A stretch of DNA of 62,971 nucleotides, filler included, from Reclinomonas americana ATCC 50394 (taxonomy: Eukaryota): the NCBI GenBank assembly GCA_048213135.1. It is 6 parts of 4 records of this genome, joined end to end, with 100 filler letters (N's around TTAATTAATTAA, not from the genome) between each part and the next. Parts side by side here need not be neighbours in the genome. Positions count along the whole stretch, not along the records: positions 46,530 to 60,527 come from PS015398.1; positions 60,628 to 62,971 come from PS015409.1; 4 more parts are not named here. One strand, given 5' to 3'. The notes beneath the pieces were generated by a model. That model was not told where the DNA came from, made no database searches, and saw only the letters and a program-made list of their open reading frames with translations. Below are positions 50,249 to 62,971 of the stretch, piece after piece (position 1 is the stretch's first letter; every line of letters begins with the position of its first letter). The position numbers and the translations under genes are program-made.

Positions 50249-50550
50249 GGTGTGCACTAGAGATCTCTAGTTGCTTTTGCTCTCTCTCTCATTGTGTGTG
50301 TGTGAGAGAGAGAGAGAGCGTGCGCGAGTGTGCACTGGACAGAGACATCTTGCAGAGATATGCATGCAATGCGCTTTCGAGTTGTCTGTTGCTTGTTGCA
50401 TTTGCTCTCTCTCTCAATCTCTCTCTCTGTGTGTGAGTGTGAGAGAGAGAGAGAGGCAGAGAGAGCGAGAGGGTGTGCACAAGAGAGAGGCATCTTCTTG
50501 TGTAGAGATATGCCATGCGTTTGAGTTGTCTGACTCTCGTTGCATTTGCT

Positions 50551-50623
<73 letters not shown>

Positions 50624-53600
50624 GGGTGTGCACTAGAGAGAGTGTCTTCTTGTGCAGAGATGTGCATGCAATGCGATTTCGAGTTGTCTGAGTCTCGTTG
50701 CTTTTGCTCTCTCTCTCTCTCATGGTGCGTGTGAGAGAGAGTGCAGCATGTTCTTGTGCAGAACTGTGCAGGCAATGCGCTTTGTTGTCTGTCGCTTGTT
50801 GCATTGCTCTCTCTCTCTCTCTATGTGCACTAGAGAGAGGCATCTTCTTGTGCAGCCCTATGCATCCATTGTGCTTTCGGGTTGTCTGTTGCTTGTTGCT
50901 TTTGCTCTCTCTCTCATTGTGTGTGTGTGTGTGAGAGAGAGAGAGAGGGTGTGTGCAATTGTGAAACACATCTTGTGCGGAGGTATGCAATGCGCATTCG
51001 ACTTGTCTCGCACTTGTTGCATTTGCTCTTCTGTGCTTGCACGCAGAAGTGAGATATGCACAGTCGCGTTGTCTCTGGTTGCGAGAAGTGAGAGAATAGG
51101 AGGCACTGGGGATACTCGCAAGTAACTGCTCGGATGGGGAGATTGCGACAGAGAAGGCACGTCAAGGAGATTCGTTGCTGCGCAGAGACATACGTGCAGT
51201 GCGAGTCTCTATCACTTGTCTCGTGCTGATTTGAATGAGAGAGAGAGAGAGAGCTGCGTGACATCTTCCTGCACAGAGGCACGCATTCGAGTTGTCTTTC
51301 GCTTATTTATGCTGTTCCACCTTCCTCATTATCCACCTCCCCCCAGGCACCCCCGCCACTCCAACCCCCTCCGCCACCGCCACTGCTGCCTCATTCGCCG
51401 CACTCCAGCAGCAAGCGCTGGCCACTGCCGCTGCCCAGCAAAGAGTTTCATTTTCATTCCGTGTCATCACCACCCCCATTTGTCCCGTCACGCTCACTTT
51501 TCCTCAGCACAAGGACGCCACTGCGCAATTCCACACCGCCAAGGGCATGACGCAAAGTTCCGAGCCCATTGCCTCTCCCTCCGCTCCCCTCCTCCCTCAC
51601 TCACTCCTTTGTCTCACAGCCACTGCCGCCGCCGTGGCCTACCCCGCCCCCATGACTGCCGGCGTGCAGGCGGCACAACAATACGCCGCCATGCAATTGC
51701 AGCAGGCCAAGGTCGCCGCGGCAGCCGCCGNNNNNNNNNNNNNNNNNNNNCTGCCGCTGCTGGCGCTCCCGCCGCGGGTGCCCGCCTCGGCCCGACGGCA
51801 GAACCGCGACGACACGTGACGCGCGAGCGATTCGCCGCCGAGCTGGCCTCGCGCTCCGACATTGACATGACGAATGCTCTGTTGATGTTTAGCAGTGCAC
51901 AAGCGGAGCGAGTGGAGAATTACAGCGAGTCGATGCGCCGCCTGTGCGTGTGGGTGCAGCAGTCGTTGGAGTTGTACATGGTGCGTGAGGGGGGGAAGGA
52001 GGAAAGAGAAGGGGTGTGCATTTTAGCTCAACCAATCCTTGCTTTCTGCTTTCAGTTTCCTTTTGCGTGCTTTGTCTCACTGTCTTGCCCTCCGTACTTC
52101 TCTATCTCATGTGCTGGTGCCCGTCTTGTTTGTCTTTCTTGCGTGTCGCCTTGTCTCGTGTCTCCTGAAGGGTCCAATCTATTCTATGATGGTGACTCGC
52201 TCTCCGCTCTCTGCTGCATTCCACGTTACCCCTCTCGCTTTCCCCCTCTGGTCTCCGGCGATTATCATTCTCTGTCTCCTGTGCTGCTCCCTCGACTGGT
52301 ACCCGTCGGTTTCTTGTTTGCGTGTGTGTCTCCTGAAGGGCCCGCTTTGGATAAAATGGTGACCACAGTCGCGTAGTCTGTGGTTGCGAGGGAAGAGATA
52401 AATGGAGGCACTGGGGAAACGCGCATGCATCTTGTTGTCTGTTCGGATATGACTCGTGAGAATGAGAGAGAGAGAGAGCTCTCTTGAGCTCTTCGCTATT
52501 CTTTGCATTCTACGTTACCCCACGTGCCTTTCCCGTCTACTTCTCCTTTCCCTCATTGCCCTTTCCCTTTCTTTCCCCTCCTTCCCCTCTCCGCAGGCCG
52601 AGCTCTCCCAATTCCTCTTCCCCCTCTTCGCGCTGTGCTACCTGGAGCTCATCAACAAGGAGAAAGAGGAGGACGCGCGCCGCTTCTTTGACGAGTTCGC
52701 CGACCCTTTCCGCATCAAGCACGAGCGAGAGGTGGAGCAGCTGTCGCTGGTCACCAGCAAGTCACTGATTGAGCACAGCGACTTTGCCAAGGTGTGCGCT
52801 TGTCCTCACGTCGTGGCATGGCGTGTGAGCAGGATGACTCAGCGCACTTTGTCCTTTGCAGCGTGTGGCCGTGCACCAGCACAAGTTCGTGCTGCGGATA
52901 TCGCAGTACTCATTCAACATGATGATGGATTTCCTGTTCGAGGAGGGCCTCATGCTTCTGCTGCCGTTTGTGCACACGCGATTCGATATTCGAGGTGCGT
53001 GCGTGCGAAGCAGAGGGTGTGAAATGTTCGTCGCTCATTTCTTCCCCTTGCAGTGTTCCGTGGGGCGCCGCAGCAGAGCAGTCAGGAGGATGCTGCCGCC
53101 GCCGCGCTGCTGGGCAGTGGCATTCGAGTGGACAACTCGGAGACCGTTTACTGGGGCACCACTGACTTCTTTGCGGACATGCCTCTGCAGCAGACGCCGA
53201 GGAGGGGGAGGAGGAAGGTGAGCGGATGGGGGAAGGGGACAAGGGGGAAGGAGGGCTGTTTCTTGTGTCTCGTTTGCTGGTGTGTACGTGTGTGTGTGTG
53301 TATTTTGTTATTTGAGCCTTATGCAGTGCTTGCGTGTGAATGTGCTCTTTGTTTCTTTGTGTGTTTGTCTTGCGTGTCGATCACTGACGTCCCCCCCCCT
53401 TTTTTTCCCCTTTTCCCCTTCCACAGGAAGGAGAACCACCCTCCCTCAAGCGCGCTCGCACCGGACTGCTCTTCGATCCCAGCAACCCCCACGCACCGCC
53501 GTACGATCGCATCCCGATTCCCAAGCCGTTTCGTTCCACTCCTTGCTTCTTCTCGTCCTCGCCATGTCTCACTTCCCTTTAGATCGGAGGAGGACAAATT

Positions 53601-55331
53601 CCTACGACTGGCGGAGCTGAGCATGCGCGTGGCACTGGCGCCCTCGGCACTGCCGTCGGTGTGCATGTTTACGGTGCTGAATTCGTACGAAGGGTTTGTC
53701 CTTTCTGCTGTTTTTCTTCTCCATTGTCCCTCCCTTACCCTCGAGCAGCATGACGAGCTCGACGATCTCCAGCGATGCTTCGGTGATCGCGGCCGGCTTC
53801 TCGGACTCGTCCATTCGTGTGTGGGAGATCCAGTCGCGCGAGGACAGATTACGTGCTCTCAAAGTGAAAACGGTGGTGGCGGGTGGTGCTGGTGGAGGCG
53901 ATGGTGGTGATGTGAGTGGTGGGGGGAAGGGGAGAGAGGGGAAAGAGCGGCAGTTGCTTACCGTTGGTTGCAGGTGGAGATGGCGGACGGAGCCGGCACT
54001 GGATTGTCGGCATCGGCATCCGCTGCGGCGCCTTCTGTCGACGAAGCAGAGATTGACGAGGAGAAGGCCACCAAACGTTTCGTATTCGGAAGAGGCTGCG
54101 CTGACTGTTTGTTGAGAGACTCACCTCGTCTTGTCGGCGCAGCGGTGACCAAGCACCTCATTGGCCACTCGGCACCGGTGTATGCACTCAGTCTCAGTCC
54201 CGATAATGCGTACCTGCTGTCGTGCTCTCAGGTGAGGAAGGGGAAGAGGGAGAATGACATGAGCAGATGAGCAGTGGGACAGGCAGATGGAGAAGCCCGT
54301 CTCACAGATAAGCAAGGAGAGGAGTCAGATGGAGAGATAAGGAACGATTCAAGTTGCTGTACATGAGCAGTATCTTAGGGTAGAAGGGGAGGTACAACTC
54401 AGCGGTGAGACAGACAGTGAGGCAACTGCGCTTTGGAGGCTTGGTGAAGATATGAGGAACGAGTCAGGTTGTTGTACTTGATCTGTCTCTTAGAATTGAA
54501 GGGGAGGTACAACTCAGCGCTGAGACAGACAGTGAGATAACTTCGATGTGGAAGCTGAAAGGAGAGACCAGATACGAGTCAAGTTGTTGTTGTCGAGCAG
54601 TCGCTTAGAATAGAAGGGGAGGGATATATCAGAGTCAGGCAGAGCGCTGATACAGGTTGTGAGACAACTTCGATTTGGACGCTGAAAGGAGAGATGTGGA
54701 ACGACCCTAGCTGTTGTACTTGAGCTGTCTCTAAGAGTAGAAGGGGAGGTACAACTCAGCGGTGAGACAGAAAGTGAAACACTGTTTCGGAGACGGATAG
54801 AGAGATGAGGAACGAGTCAAGTAGTTGTACTCCAGGCAGTGAGACGATTACGATTCGCAGAGCAGAAGGAGTGGGGTAAGCAAGCTGAGTAATTCAGGGA
54901 GATCTGCATTTTCTCACCTTCCATTGCCCTCCACGCAGGACACCACCATTCGCCTGTGGGACCTGTCGATCGGACGCTGCATGTGCGTGTACCGCGGCCA
55001 CCAGCTGCCCGTGTGGCAGTGCGTCTTCTCGCCCATGGGATACTACTTTGCCACGGTGTCGAACGATCGCACAGCGCGCCTGTTCTGCACGGAGCGGCTG
55101 TATCCGCTGCGGTTGTTTGCTGGGCACTTGACGGATGTGGATGTTGCGTGGCGAGTGGGGGAGTGGTGTGTGTGGAGAGAGTCGTGTATCTCATTCGTGG
55201 ATGCAGTGTGTGACATTCCACCCGAATTGCAATTACATCCTCACCGGCTCCAGTGACAAGACTGTGCGCATGTGGGATATTCAGGTGAGTGGAGAGATGC
55301 AGGGAAATGAGGGGGAAGGGAAGGGAAGGGA

Positions 55332-55381
<50 letters not shown>

Positions 55382-57154
55382 GAGGAGNNNNNNNNNNNNN
55401 NNNNNNNNNNNNNNNNNNNNNNNNNNNNNNNNNNNNNNNNNNNNNNNNNNNNNNNNNNNNNNNNNNNNNNNNNNNNNNNNNNNNNNNNNNNNNNNNNNNN
55501 NNNNNNNNNNNNNNNNNNNNNNNNNNNNNNNNNNNNNNNNNNNNNNNNNNNNNNNNNNNNNNNNNNNNNNNNNNNNNNNNNNNNNNNNNNNNNNNNNNNN
55601 NNNNNNNNNNNNNNNNNNNNNNNNNNNNNNNNNNNNNNNNNNNNNNNNNNNNNNNNNNNNNNNNNNNNNNNNNNNNNNNNNNNNNNNNNNNNNNNNNNNN
55701 NNNNNNNNNNNNNNNNNNNNNNNNNNNNNNNNNNNNNNNNNNNNNNNNNNNNNNNNNNNNNNNNNNNNNNNNNNNNNNNNNNNNNNNNNNNNNNNNNNNN
55801 NNNNNNNNNNNNNNNNNNNNNNNNNNNNNNNNNNNNNNNNNNNNCCCCCCTTCCCTCCCTTCCCCCCTCAATCCCCCTTCCCCTCACATTTCCCCTCTCA
55901 CCCCCTCCCCTCTACAGACCGGCAACTGCGTTCGCCTCATGATGGGCCACGCCCGACCCGTGTTTTCAGTCGTGGTGGCCCCCGACGGCCGCCTGGCGTG
56001 TTCGGCGGCGGAGGACGGGCAGATTTTGGTGTGGGACCTGTCGTCGGGCGCACGAATCGGCTCATTCGTCGGTCACAAGGGCATTGTGTACGACATGGAC
56101 ATTTCGAGCGACGATTCGCTGCTGGCGGCGGGCGGAGTGGAGAATATGATTACTCTGTGGTGAGTGAGGGAAGCGGGGAGCTTGGTGTTGCTTGTGTCGT
56201 CCTGTTCGTGAAACCACGCCTCCGCAGGGATCTCAATGCCGTGCGCAAGCGCCTCATCAAGAACCCCGTGCAAGTTGCTGCCGATGAGGACGAGGAGCCA
56301 CCACCACCGGAGGAGATTGTGCCGGGGGCGTCGGCCAACGAGTTCAAGCCGTTGCGCGTGCTGCGGACGAAATCGACGCCGGTGACGACTGTGCGGTTTA
56401 GGTGAGCGAGATGGGGATGGGGATGTGGGCGGAAAGGGAGGGGCGGAGGGGGGGGGGGGGTCATGTTGTGGTGCGTGTGTGAGCTCGTCCTGTGTTTTTG
56501 CCTCTTCCTTGTCACTCTCCTCCTTGTCTCCCTCTCGCTCTCGCTGTTTCACTATGCCTCTCTTCTCTCCCATCCTCCTCTCACGAAATCGCGCGTTCGT
56601 TCTCACTTTTCTCCTTGTCTCCCTCTCTCGCTCTCTCCTTTCACTGTGCCTCTCTTCTCTCCCATCCTCCTCTCTCACGGAAATACGCTTTCTTTCTCAC
56701 TCTTCTCCTTGTTTCTCTCCCTCGCTCTATCTCCTTTCACTATGCCTCCCTTCTCTCCCATCCTCCTCTTCCTCCTTCTGTTTCATCTTCATTTCTCTCT
56801 CTCGACTAACCTCCTCCTTGTGCATTTTTCATTTTCTTCCTGTTCTGCTGCTGGTGCTTCTTCTTCTCTTCTCCTTCTCGCTCTGCCTCTCAATCTCTCT
56901 TTTACATGGTGGAGGTGAGTGGAGGATGAAAGAAGAAGAGGAGGGGAGAGAGAGAGAGGGAGACAAGGAGAAGAGTGAGAAAGAAAGCGTGTTTTCGTGA
57001 GTGGACTCTGAGCTCTCTTTGGTCGTGTTGTGAACAATTCGCTTTCTGTTGTCTTTTCTCGTGATCTGCTCTTTGCCTTCTTGCCTGCTCATCTTGTGAT
57101 CTCTTCTGCAGTCGCACCAATCTGCTGTTGGCCGTCGGGTACTTTAAGGCATGA
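49887..57154 (+). CDS. TAF5: Transcription initiation factor TFIID subunit 5 (NTD2 + WD40)
   Basis: NTD2: WVQQSLELYM|AELSQFLFPLFALCYLELI. Also [93 protein letters not shown] and TKSTPVTTVRF|SRTNLLLAVG. Confidence 0.95.
50215..51295. repeat. TAF5 intron 1 compound repeat with (GT)n(GA)n microsatellites
   Basis: Unit (GT)n(GA)n-GGGTGTGCACTAGAGA...TGCAATGCG..TTCGAGTTGTCTG...TTGCTCTCTC repeated. Confidence 0.85.
54310..54835. repeat. TAF5 intronic ~115-125 bp tandem repeat
   Basis: GAAGGGGAGGTACAACTCAGCG.TGAGACAGA and GGAACGAGTCAAGTTGTTGTAC recur four to five times. Confidence 0.8.
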
Positions 57155-57284
57155 GGATGGAGAATGGAGTGGCGGAAAAGGGAAAATGCCAATGAAAAAT
57201 TGCAAGGTCAATGTGGTTAGCATGTGGTCTCTCTTCTCGGCTTCCTGCGATGAAGATAGTCTATTGTATTTCATTTTTCGGGTG

Positions 57285-60179
57285 TCAATCATCGGCCAAC
57301 TTGGACCTCTGCGACGACTTATTGACGAGGTAGATTACAACCAGGGAGAAGAGGGCGCTGACCAGGAAGATGACGTCGAACCACCGGTGGTAGAACGAAA
57401 ACTCAATGTCGCCGAGCACCTTGGTGATGATTTGCCTGTGTGCATAGCATGAGAGCGGGACGAGGACAACAACACGCTGCAGTGCAACCGCACCTGTACT
57501 TTTCCGGCACACTCATGCGCATCAGCAGCACGCTGGACAAGAAGTACATGCCCATCACTTGAGAGATGAAGAGCACCATAAAATGCGAGATGCCTGGTCG
57601 CGAGTATTGGTGGAAGATCTGCGACGAGGGGAGGTCAGAGATAAACCAATTGAATATCTGCGCAGCATGTCCACCTTTTGCAGATTGATAACCAGGCCGC
57701 GCACGTTGGAGCCGACGAGAATACCGATGAACGCAAATGACAAGTACTGACTCCACAGCTCCACGTCAATCTCAATGTGCACGACGCGGAACAGCAGCTC
57801 AAAGCCGCGCGTGATGGGGTCGATGCGTGCGATGCGATTGAACACAATGTTGATGGTGCACTGTGGATGGAATGAGGGGAGGAAAAAGGCAAAGAGGAGG
57901 CCCAGGGAGATCAACAAACCATAATCATGCGGTAGATGCACCAGCCGGCGAAAGTGTAGCCGAGAACCACAAAGATGCGGCCCTTGAGGGAGCTGCGCAG
58001 GGCCTCGTTCTCGCGGAAGACGTGTGCGTCGTAGATCTCGAGGAAGACGGTGCGGGAGAGGTCTTCCAGGGCGGAGACCTCGCGCTCCAGCACGTGGATG
58101 TTGCCTGCGGGAGACGGGGAAGGATGAGAAGGGAAAGGGGAAGGAGGAGAAGGGGCAAGTCGAGAGATGACACGGAATGACGAGAAAAGACAGCGAATGA
58201 CAAGGAATGTAAAGGATTGGTCGGAGAGTCTCTTGCCGCTCGATTCTCAATCAACACCTACTTCCCCTAACACGCAACGATCGGCATCACCGGAGAAAAA
58301 CGTCAGCACCGGAGTGACAACTCGCGACAGTAGACCACCGGCACCATTGCGACCGGCATGCCCGATACCCGCCAGTCGCTTGTCGCGCTCTCTTCTCTCA
58401 ATGTAAAGTCTGCATTCTCATAGGTAAGTGGAGAATCGCCACCTCAACTCATCACTCCACCACCAAACCTCCTCTTCTTGTTGGCAATCTGCTCCATCAC
58501 ATTCTGCAACTGCCGCTGCAACGCCGTGACATCGGTGTTGCGGTCGCGCTGGAAGAAATACGACAGGTAGCCAAAGGGCGAGTTGACGGCGCCAAAGCCC
58601 GACAGCACCGCCAGCAGTGTGACGCCGATCACGCCCACGCGACTCACGCCCTGCTCGACACTAAAGAGACTCGACTGCTGCTTGTTGATGACGGGGAAGT
58701 CGCCAATGCGCCAAAAGCCGACGAGGTAGAAGCCGAGGGCGACGAGGGAGATGGGGGCGGCCTTGGCGTAGGACAAGCCGACTGCATGAGAGAAGGGAGG
58801 AAAAGGGGGAGAAGAGGAGGGAAAGGGTGAGAGCGAGAAAAGAGAGCGAGAGGAGGGGAGAGCGAGAGGGGNNNNNNNNNNNNNNNNNNNNNNNNNNNNN
58901 NNNNNNNNNNNNNNNNNNNNNNNNNNNNNNNNNNNNNNNNNNNNNNNNNNNNNNNNNNNNNNNNNNNNNNNNNNNNNNNNNNNNNNNNNNNNNNNNNNNN
59001 NNNNNNNNNNNNNNNNNNNNNNNNNNNNNNNNNNNNNNNNNNNNNNNNNNNNNNNNNNNNNNNNNNNNNNNNNNNNNNNNNNNNNNNNNNNNNNNNNNNN
59101 NNNNNNNNNNNNNNNNNNNNNNNNNNNNNNNNNNNNNNNNNNNNNNNNNNNNNNNNNNNNNNNNNNNNNNNNNNNNNNNNNNNNNNNNNNNNNNNNNNNN
59201 NNNNNNNNNNNNNNNNNNNNNNNNNNNNNNNNNNNNNNNNNNNNNNNNNNNNNNNNNNNNNNNNNNNNNNNNNNNNNNNNNNNNNNNNNNNNNNNNNNNN
59301 NNNNNNNNNNNNNNNNNNNNNNNNNNNNNNNNNNNNNNNNNNNNNNNNNNNNNNNNNNNNNNNNNNNNNNNNNNNNNNNNNNNNNNNNNNNNNNNNNNNN
59401 NNNNNNNNNNNNNNNNNNNNNNNNNNNNNNNNNNNNNNNNNNNNNNNNNNNNNNNNNNNNNNNNNNNNNNNNNNNNNNNNNNNNNNNNNNNNNNNNNNNN
59501 NNNNNNNNNNNNNNNNNNNNNNNNNNNNNNNNNNNNNNNNNNNNNNNNNNNNNNNNNNNNNNNNNNNNNNNNNNNNNNNNNNNNNNNNNNNNNNNNNNNN
59601 NNNNNNNNNNNNNNNNAAAGCGAGAGGGGGAGCGAGAGGGGGAAAGCGTGAGAGGGGAAGAACGAGAGGAGGGGAGAGTGAGAGGAAGGGAACGAGAGGG
59701 GAAAGAGCGAGAGGGGGAAAGCCAGAGGGACAAGGGAGACCGCGAGTGCGCGGTGGGATAGTGAGTGCAGCGTGCAGATAAACGAAAGTGCAACGAGAGA
59801 AGCAGGACGGACTCCTTTCCTCTTCGCCCTTCTCCCCTTCCCTCCCTCTGCTCACCGTTATTCATCAACGCCGTCAGCGTCATGAGGAACGGCAGCGTGA
59901 TGATCGAGTTCACGAGCACGTACATGACGTTGAACTGCCACAAGAACCATCGCGTGCTGTGCGTGCTGCCAGTCAGCTGCTACACCATGACCACCACGCA
60001 AGCGCGCCGCCGCAACTCCTTCTCCAGCACGTCCACAATCTCAAAGATGATCAGCTCGAACATGAGGCACGAGACGGCAAAGGTGAAGGCGAAGATCAGC
60101 TTGCCCATGGCGACCATTGGCATCACGCGGAGCATGTAGATGAAGGCGTTCCACTCGTTGTGGACGGCGCGGAGGGATC
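57285..60179 (-). CDS. GPR89: Golgi pH regulator / GPR89 (GTG/COLD1 family), 5' end unresolved
   Basis: IFAFTFAVSCLMFELIIFEI, FWRIGD, EQGVSRVGVIGVTLLAVLSGFGAVNSPF, WSQYLSFAFIG, MGMYFLSSVLLMRMSVPEKYR, LGDIEFSFYHRWFDVIFLVSA. Confidence 0.95.
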
Positions 60180-60527
60180 TGGGTGGGGGACAGGGAGGTG
60201 GTGAGGAGGGAAGGAGGAGGGGAGGGAAGGAGAAACGCGTGCAAATGTGGAGAGAGGAACAAGTGAATAAGATAAAGAAACGGCGACGGATGGATGTATC
60301 AAGGAGGTATTGGGACACGAGGGTGACCAAGAGCTTCACCGGAGGTGGATAAAGGGCGAGGGAGGGGACAAGACGAAGAGAGAGAAAGAGAGAGCGAAAA
60401 CGACGGCGAGAGAGAAAAGTGAGAAGGGAGACTTGAGACTGCATCAACGAAGCAGAGGGAACGAAGCCGTCGATTAGAGGGCACAAGACGAAGAGAGAGA
60501 AAGAGAGAGCGAAAACGACGGCGAGAG

Positions 60528-60627
60528 NNNNNNNNNNNNNNNNNNNNNNNNNNNNNNNNNNNNNNNNNNNNTTAATTAATTAANNNNNNNNNNNNNNNNN
60601 NNNNNNNNNNNNNNNNNNNNNNNNNNN
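60528..60627. other. Artificial scaffold-joining spacer
   Basis: N44-TTAATTAATTAA-N44. Confidence 0.97.
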
Positions 60628-60736
60628 TCCTCCTCCTTCTCCTCCTCCCTCTCCTCCTCCTTCTCCTCCTCCTTCTCCTCCTCCTTTTCCTCCTCCTTTC
60701 CCTCCTCCTCCTCCCTCGCCTTCTCCTTCATCTCAC

Positions 60737-60896
60737 CGCACGGATTCTCCGCATTGTACGCCATGGCCTGCTGCGCCGTGATCTCCTCTTGCACGGGCAT
60801 GAGCAGCAGTCCCTGGTAGCGCTCTCGCACGCGCGGGTGAAAGTACACCTCGAACGTCTGCGAGCGCGACCTCTCGCCCAGACCGCGCTCGCCAAA
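60737..60896 (-). CDS. TMEM67: Meckelin internal exon, in inverted orientation relative to the rest of the gene
   Basis: ERGLGERSRSQTFEVYFHPRVRERY matches the meckelin RGL...QTFE...R..Y motif; ends G|gtgaga (phase 1). Confidence 0.75.
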
Positions 60897-61652
60897 NNNN
60901 NNNNNNNNNNNNNNNNNNNNNNNNNNNNNNNNNNNNNNNNNNNNNNNNNNNNNNNNNNNNNNNNNNNNNNNNNNNNNNNNNNNNNNNNNNNNNNNNNNNN
61001 NNNNNNNNNNNNNNNNNNNNNNNNNNNNNNNNNNNNNNNNNNNNNNNNNNNNNNNNNNNNNNNNNNNNNNNNNNNNNNNNNNNNNNNNNNNNNNNNNNNN
61101 NNNNNNNNNNNNNNNNNNNNNNNNNNNNNNNNNNNNNNNNNNNNNNNNNNNNNNNNNNNNNNNNNNNNNNNNNNNNNNNNNNNNNNNNNNNNNNNNNNNN
61201 NNNNNNNNNNNNNNNNNNNNNNNNNNNNNNNNNNNNNNNNNNNNNNNNNNNNNNNNNNNNNNNNNNNNNNNNNNNNNNNNNNNNNNNNNNNNNNNNNNGG
61301 AGGCGAAGGGGGAGGAGAAGGAGGAGGAGGAGAGGGAGAAAGAGAGGAATAGAGACAGTGGAGGGAGAAGGAGAAGGAGGAGGAGGAGGTTGAGTATCAA
61401 TCGGCAACTCGCAGTTCTTCCTCTTTCTTCTTCTTTTTTTCTTGTTCTTGTTCTTTTCCTTATTCTTCTCCTCCTTCAGAGACTTTCAGTTGTTCTGTTC
61501 TTGCACTCTTCTTTGCTCTTTGAGGAGAAAGAGAGGAAAGAAGGAGACAGTGGAGGGAGGAGGAGAAGGAAGAGGAGAAAGATTAAGAAGGAGGTTGAGT
61601 GGAGAAGAAGGACAGCAAGGAATTGGCGAAGTGCTCATTGTGTGTCGCACAG

Positions 61653-62685
61653 CGCAATGCTGCGCCTGCTTCTCGGCGCCGAAATTGGAACCGAATGCCC
61701 AGCTGCTTCGTGGGTACTCCAAGATGAGCAAGTTCTTGAAGTCGTTTATTGATAAGGTCTGTGTGGGGGGAAGGAGAAGCAGGGATGAGTGGGTTCACTG
61801 ACCTTCTCTCCTATGCAGATCGAGAGCTCTGGCACGAGAATACGAGAAAAGACGTTTGCGCATGCGAAGTTGGGGATACCGCCGAATCTGCGGGGGGAGT
61901 CGCAGTCGGCGTTTTTCAATGGTGAGGCGCTTGAGGGGAAGGGGGCAAGAGGGAAAGGAGAGGAAAAGGGAGGGAAGGAGAGAAGGGGACTGTGGAGGAG
62001 AAACCCTGGGCGAAGAGCAGGAGACATATATGAGAGAGAGAGAGGCTGAGAAATTGAAGAAAAGGGCAAGAGCAACAGTTTTGACGTGGCAGTGAGGTAA
62101 ATTTAGAGTGTGTGTGCGAGAGAGAAAGAGAGTGGACGGCAAGGCGACGAAAAGAGAAGACGGGCTAAGAAACTGAGACACAGACTTAGAATCGAGAAGA
62201 AATGAAGGCAGTCACGTGAGTGGGCGTTGAGCGGAGAAAAGAGACTTCTTGAGAGTCAAACGAGTGAAACAAGCATATATTTACGACGAGAAGTCTGTCA
62301 ACAGAGGAAATATATTGGGTGTGAAGCTCTCTCTATCTTCTCTCGGATTGTCTGCCTGTCACTCCGACGCCCTTCCTTTTCTTGTCAACACTGCTATTGA
62401 ATCTGTGACATCTCACTTATTCCCTTCCCCCTTCCTCCCCCCTTCCCCCCTCCCCTCCTAGACCCCGGCCACTCCTTCACCCGCGTGATGAACCGCGGCG
62501 CCGAGTGGGACCTCTTCCTCGTCAACATCCTCACCCTCGCCCTCTTCGACTACATTTTCGGGAGTCTGCCGGCCGCCGCCGCGCTGACCTGGCTCCTGGA
62601 GAAGGTGTACTCGGGCTTGCGGAGATATTACGGCAAGCGCAATCTGAGTCGCAAGACCCTCATTGATGAGCGATTCTTGGTGTAG
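61653..62685 (+). CDS. TMEM67: Meckelin (MKS3) last three exons
   Basis: Exons 61653-61756, 61819-61921 and 62462-62685 give YSKMSKFLKSFIDK|...SAFFN|DPGHSFTRV...GAEWDLFL...GKRNLSRKTLIDERFLV*, the characteristic meckelin C-terminus. Confidence 0.93.
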
Positions 62686-62902
62686 ACGGAAATGTACAGA
62701 GAATGTGTGTGGCAAGTTAGGAAAGAGTGGACGAGGAGTGGAGACCAAATGAGAATTCTATGCTTTTCCTTTTTTTGTTTGCTCTGACGGTGAAGTATCA
62801 GCACATTCTCTCTCTCTCTCTCTCTTGTTCTCATTCGCGGCAGGAGAACGGTGGAACAGGATTGTGCAAGTGGGAAAGAGCCAATTGTGATTGAACTCTT
62901 TC

Positions 62903-62943
<41 letters not shown>

Positions 62944-62971
62944 CCTCTCTCTCTCGCTCTCTTCCTCTCTC

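Noticed and set aside
1..62971. Transposase, reverse transcriptase, rRNA or tRNA genes
   Set aside because: No recognisable motifs or structures found by inspection; small RNAs cannot be excluded without a covariance-model search

Overview
Intron-rich eukaryotic DNA, most likely from a flagellated protist (it carries the ciliary genes MYCBPAP and TMEM67/meckelin). The window is not one locus. Five artificial 100-nt spacers (44 N + TTAATTAATTAA + 44 N) join six separate scaffold pieces. Recognisable genes after manual splicing: ATG11/FIP200-like, MYCBPAP, TAF5, GPR89/GPHR and TMEM67. There is also a gene with a Tes/MJ0619-type rubredoxin-like N-terminus that appears to lack the radical-SAM cysteine motif, and a protein with five tandem copies of an unrecognised domain. 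The most interesting signal is a family of three ankyrin-repeat / coiled-coil / Pelle-IRAK(RLK)-type kinase genes. Their kinase and ankyrin framework are nearly identical, but the ankyrin ligand-facing residues are hypervariable, which suggests a diversifying intracellular receptor-kinase (immune-like) system. Other notable features are microexons, GC-AG introns, exon-array formation by intron duplication, complementary purine/pyrimidine intron ends, telomere-like (TTGAGGG) intronic arrays and one mis-oriented contig. All family assignments come from motif recognition by eye, not database searches.
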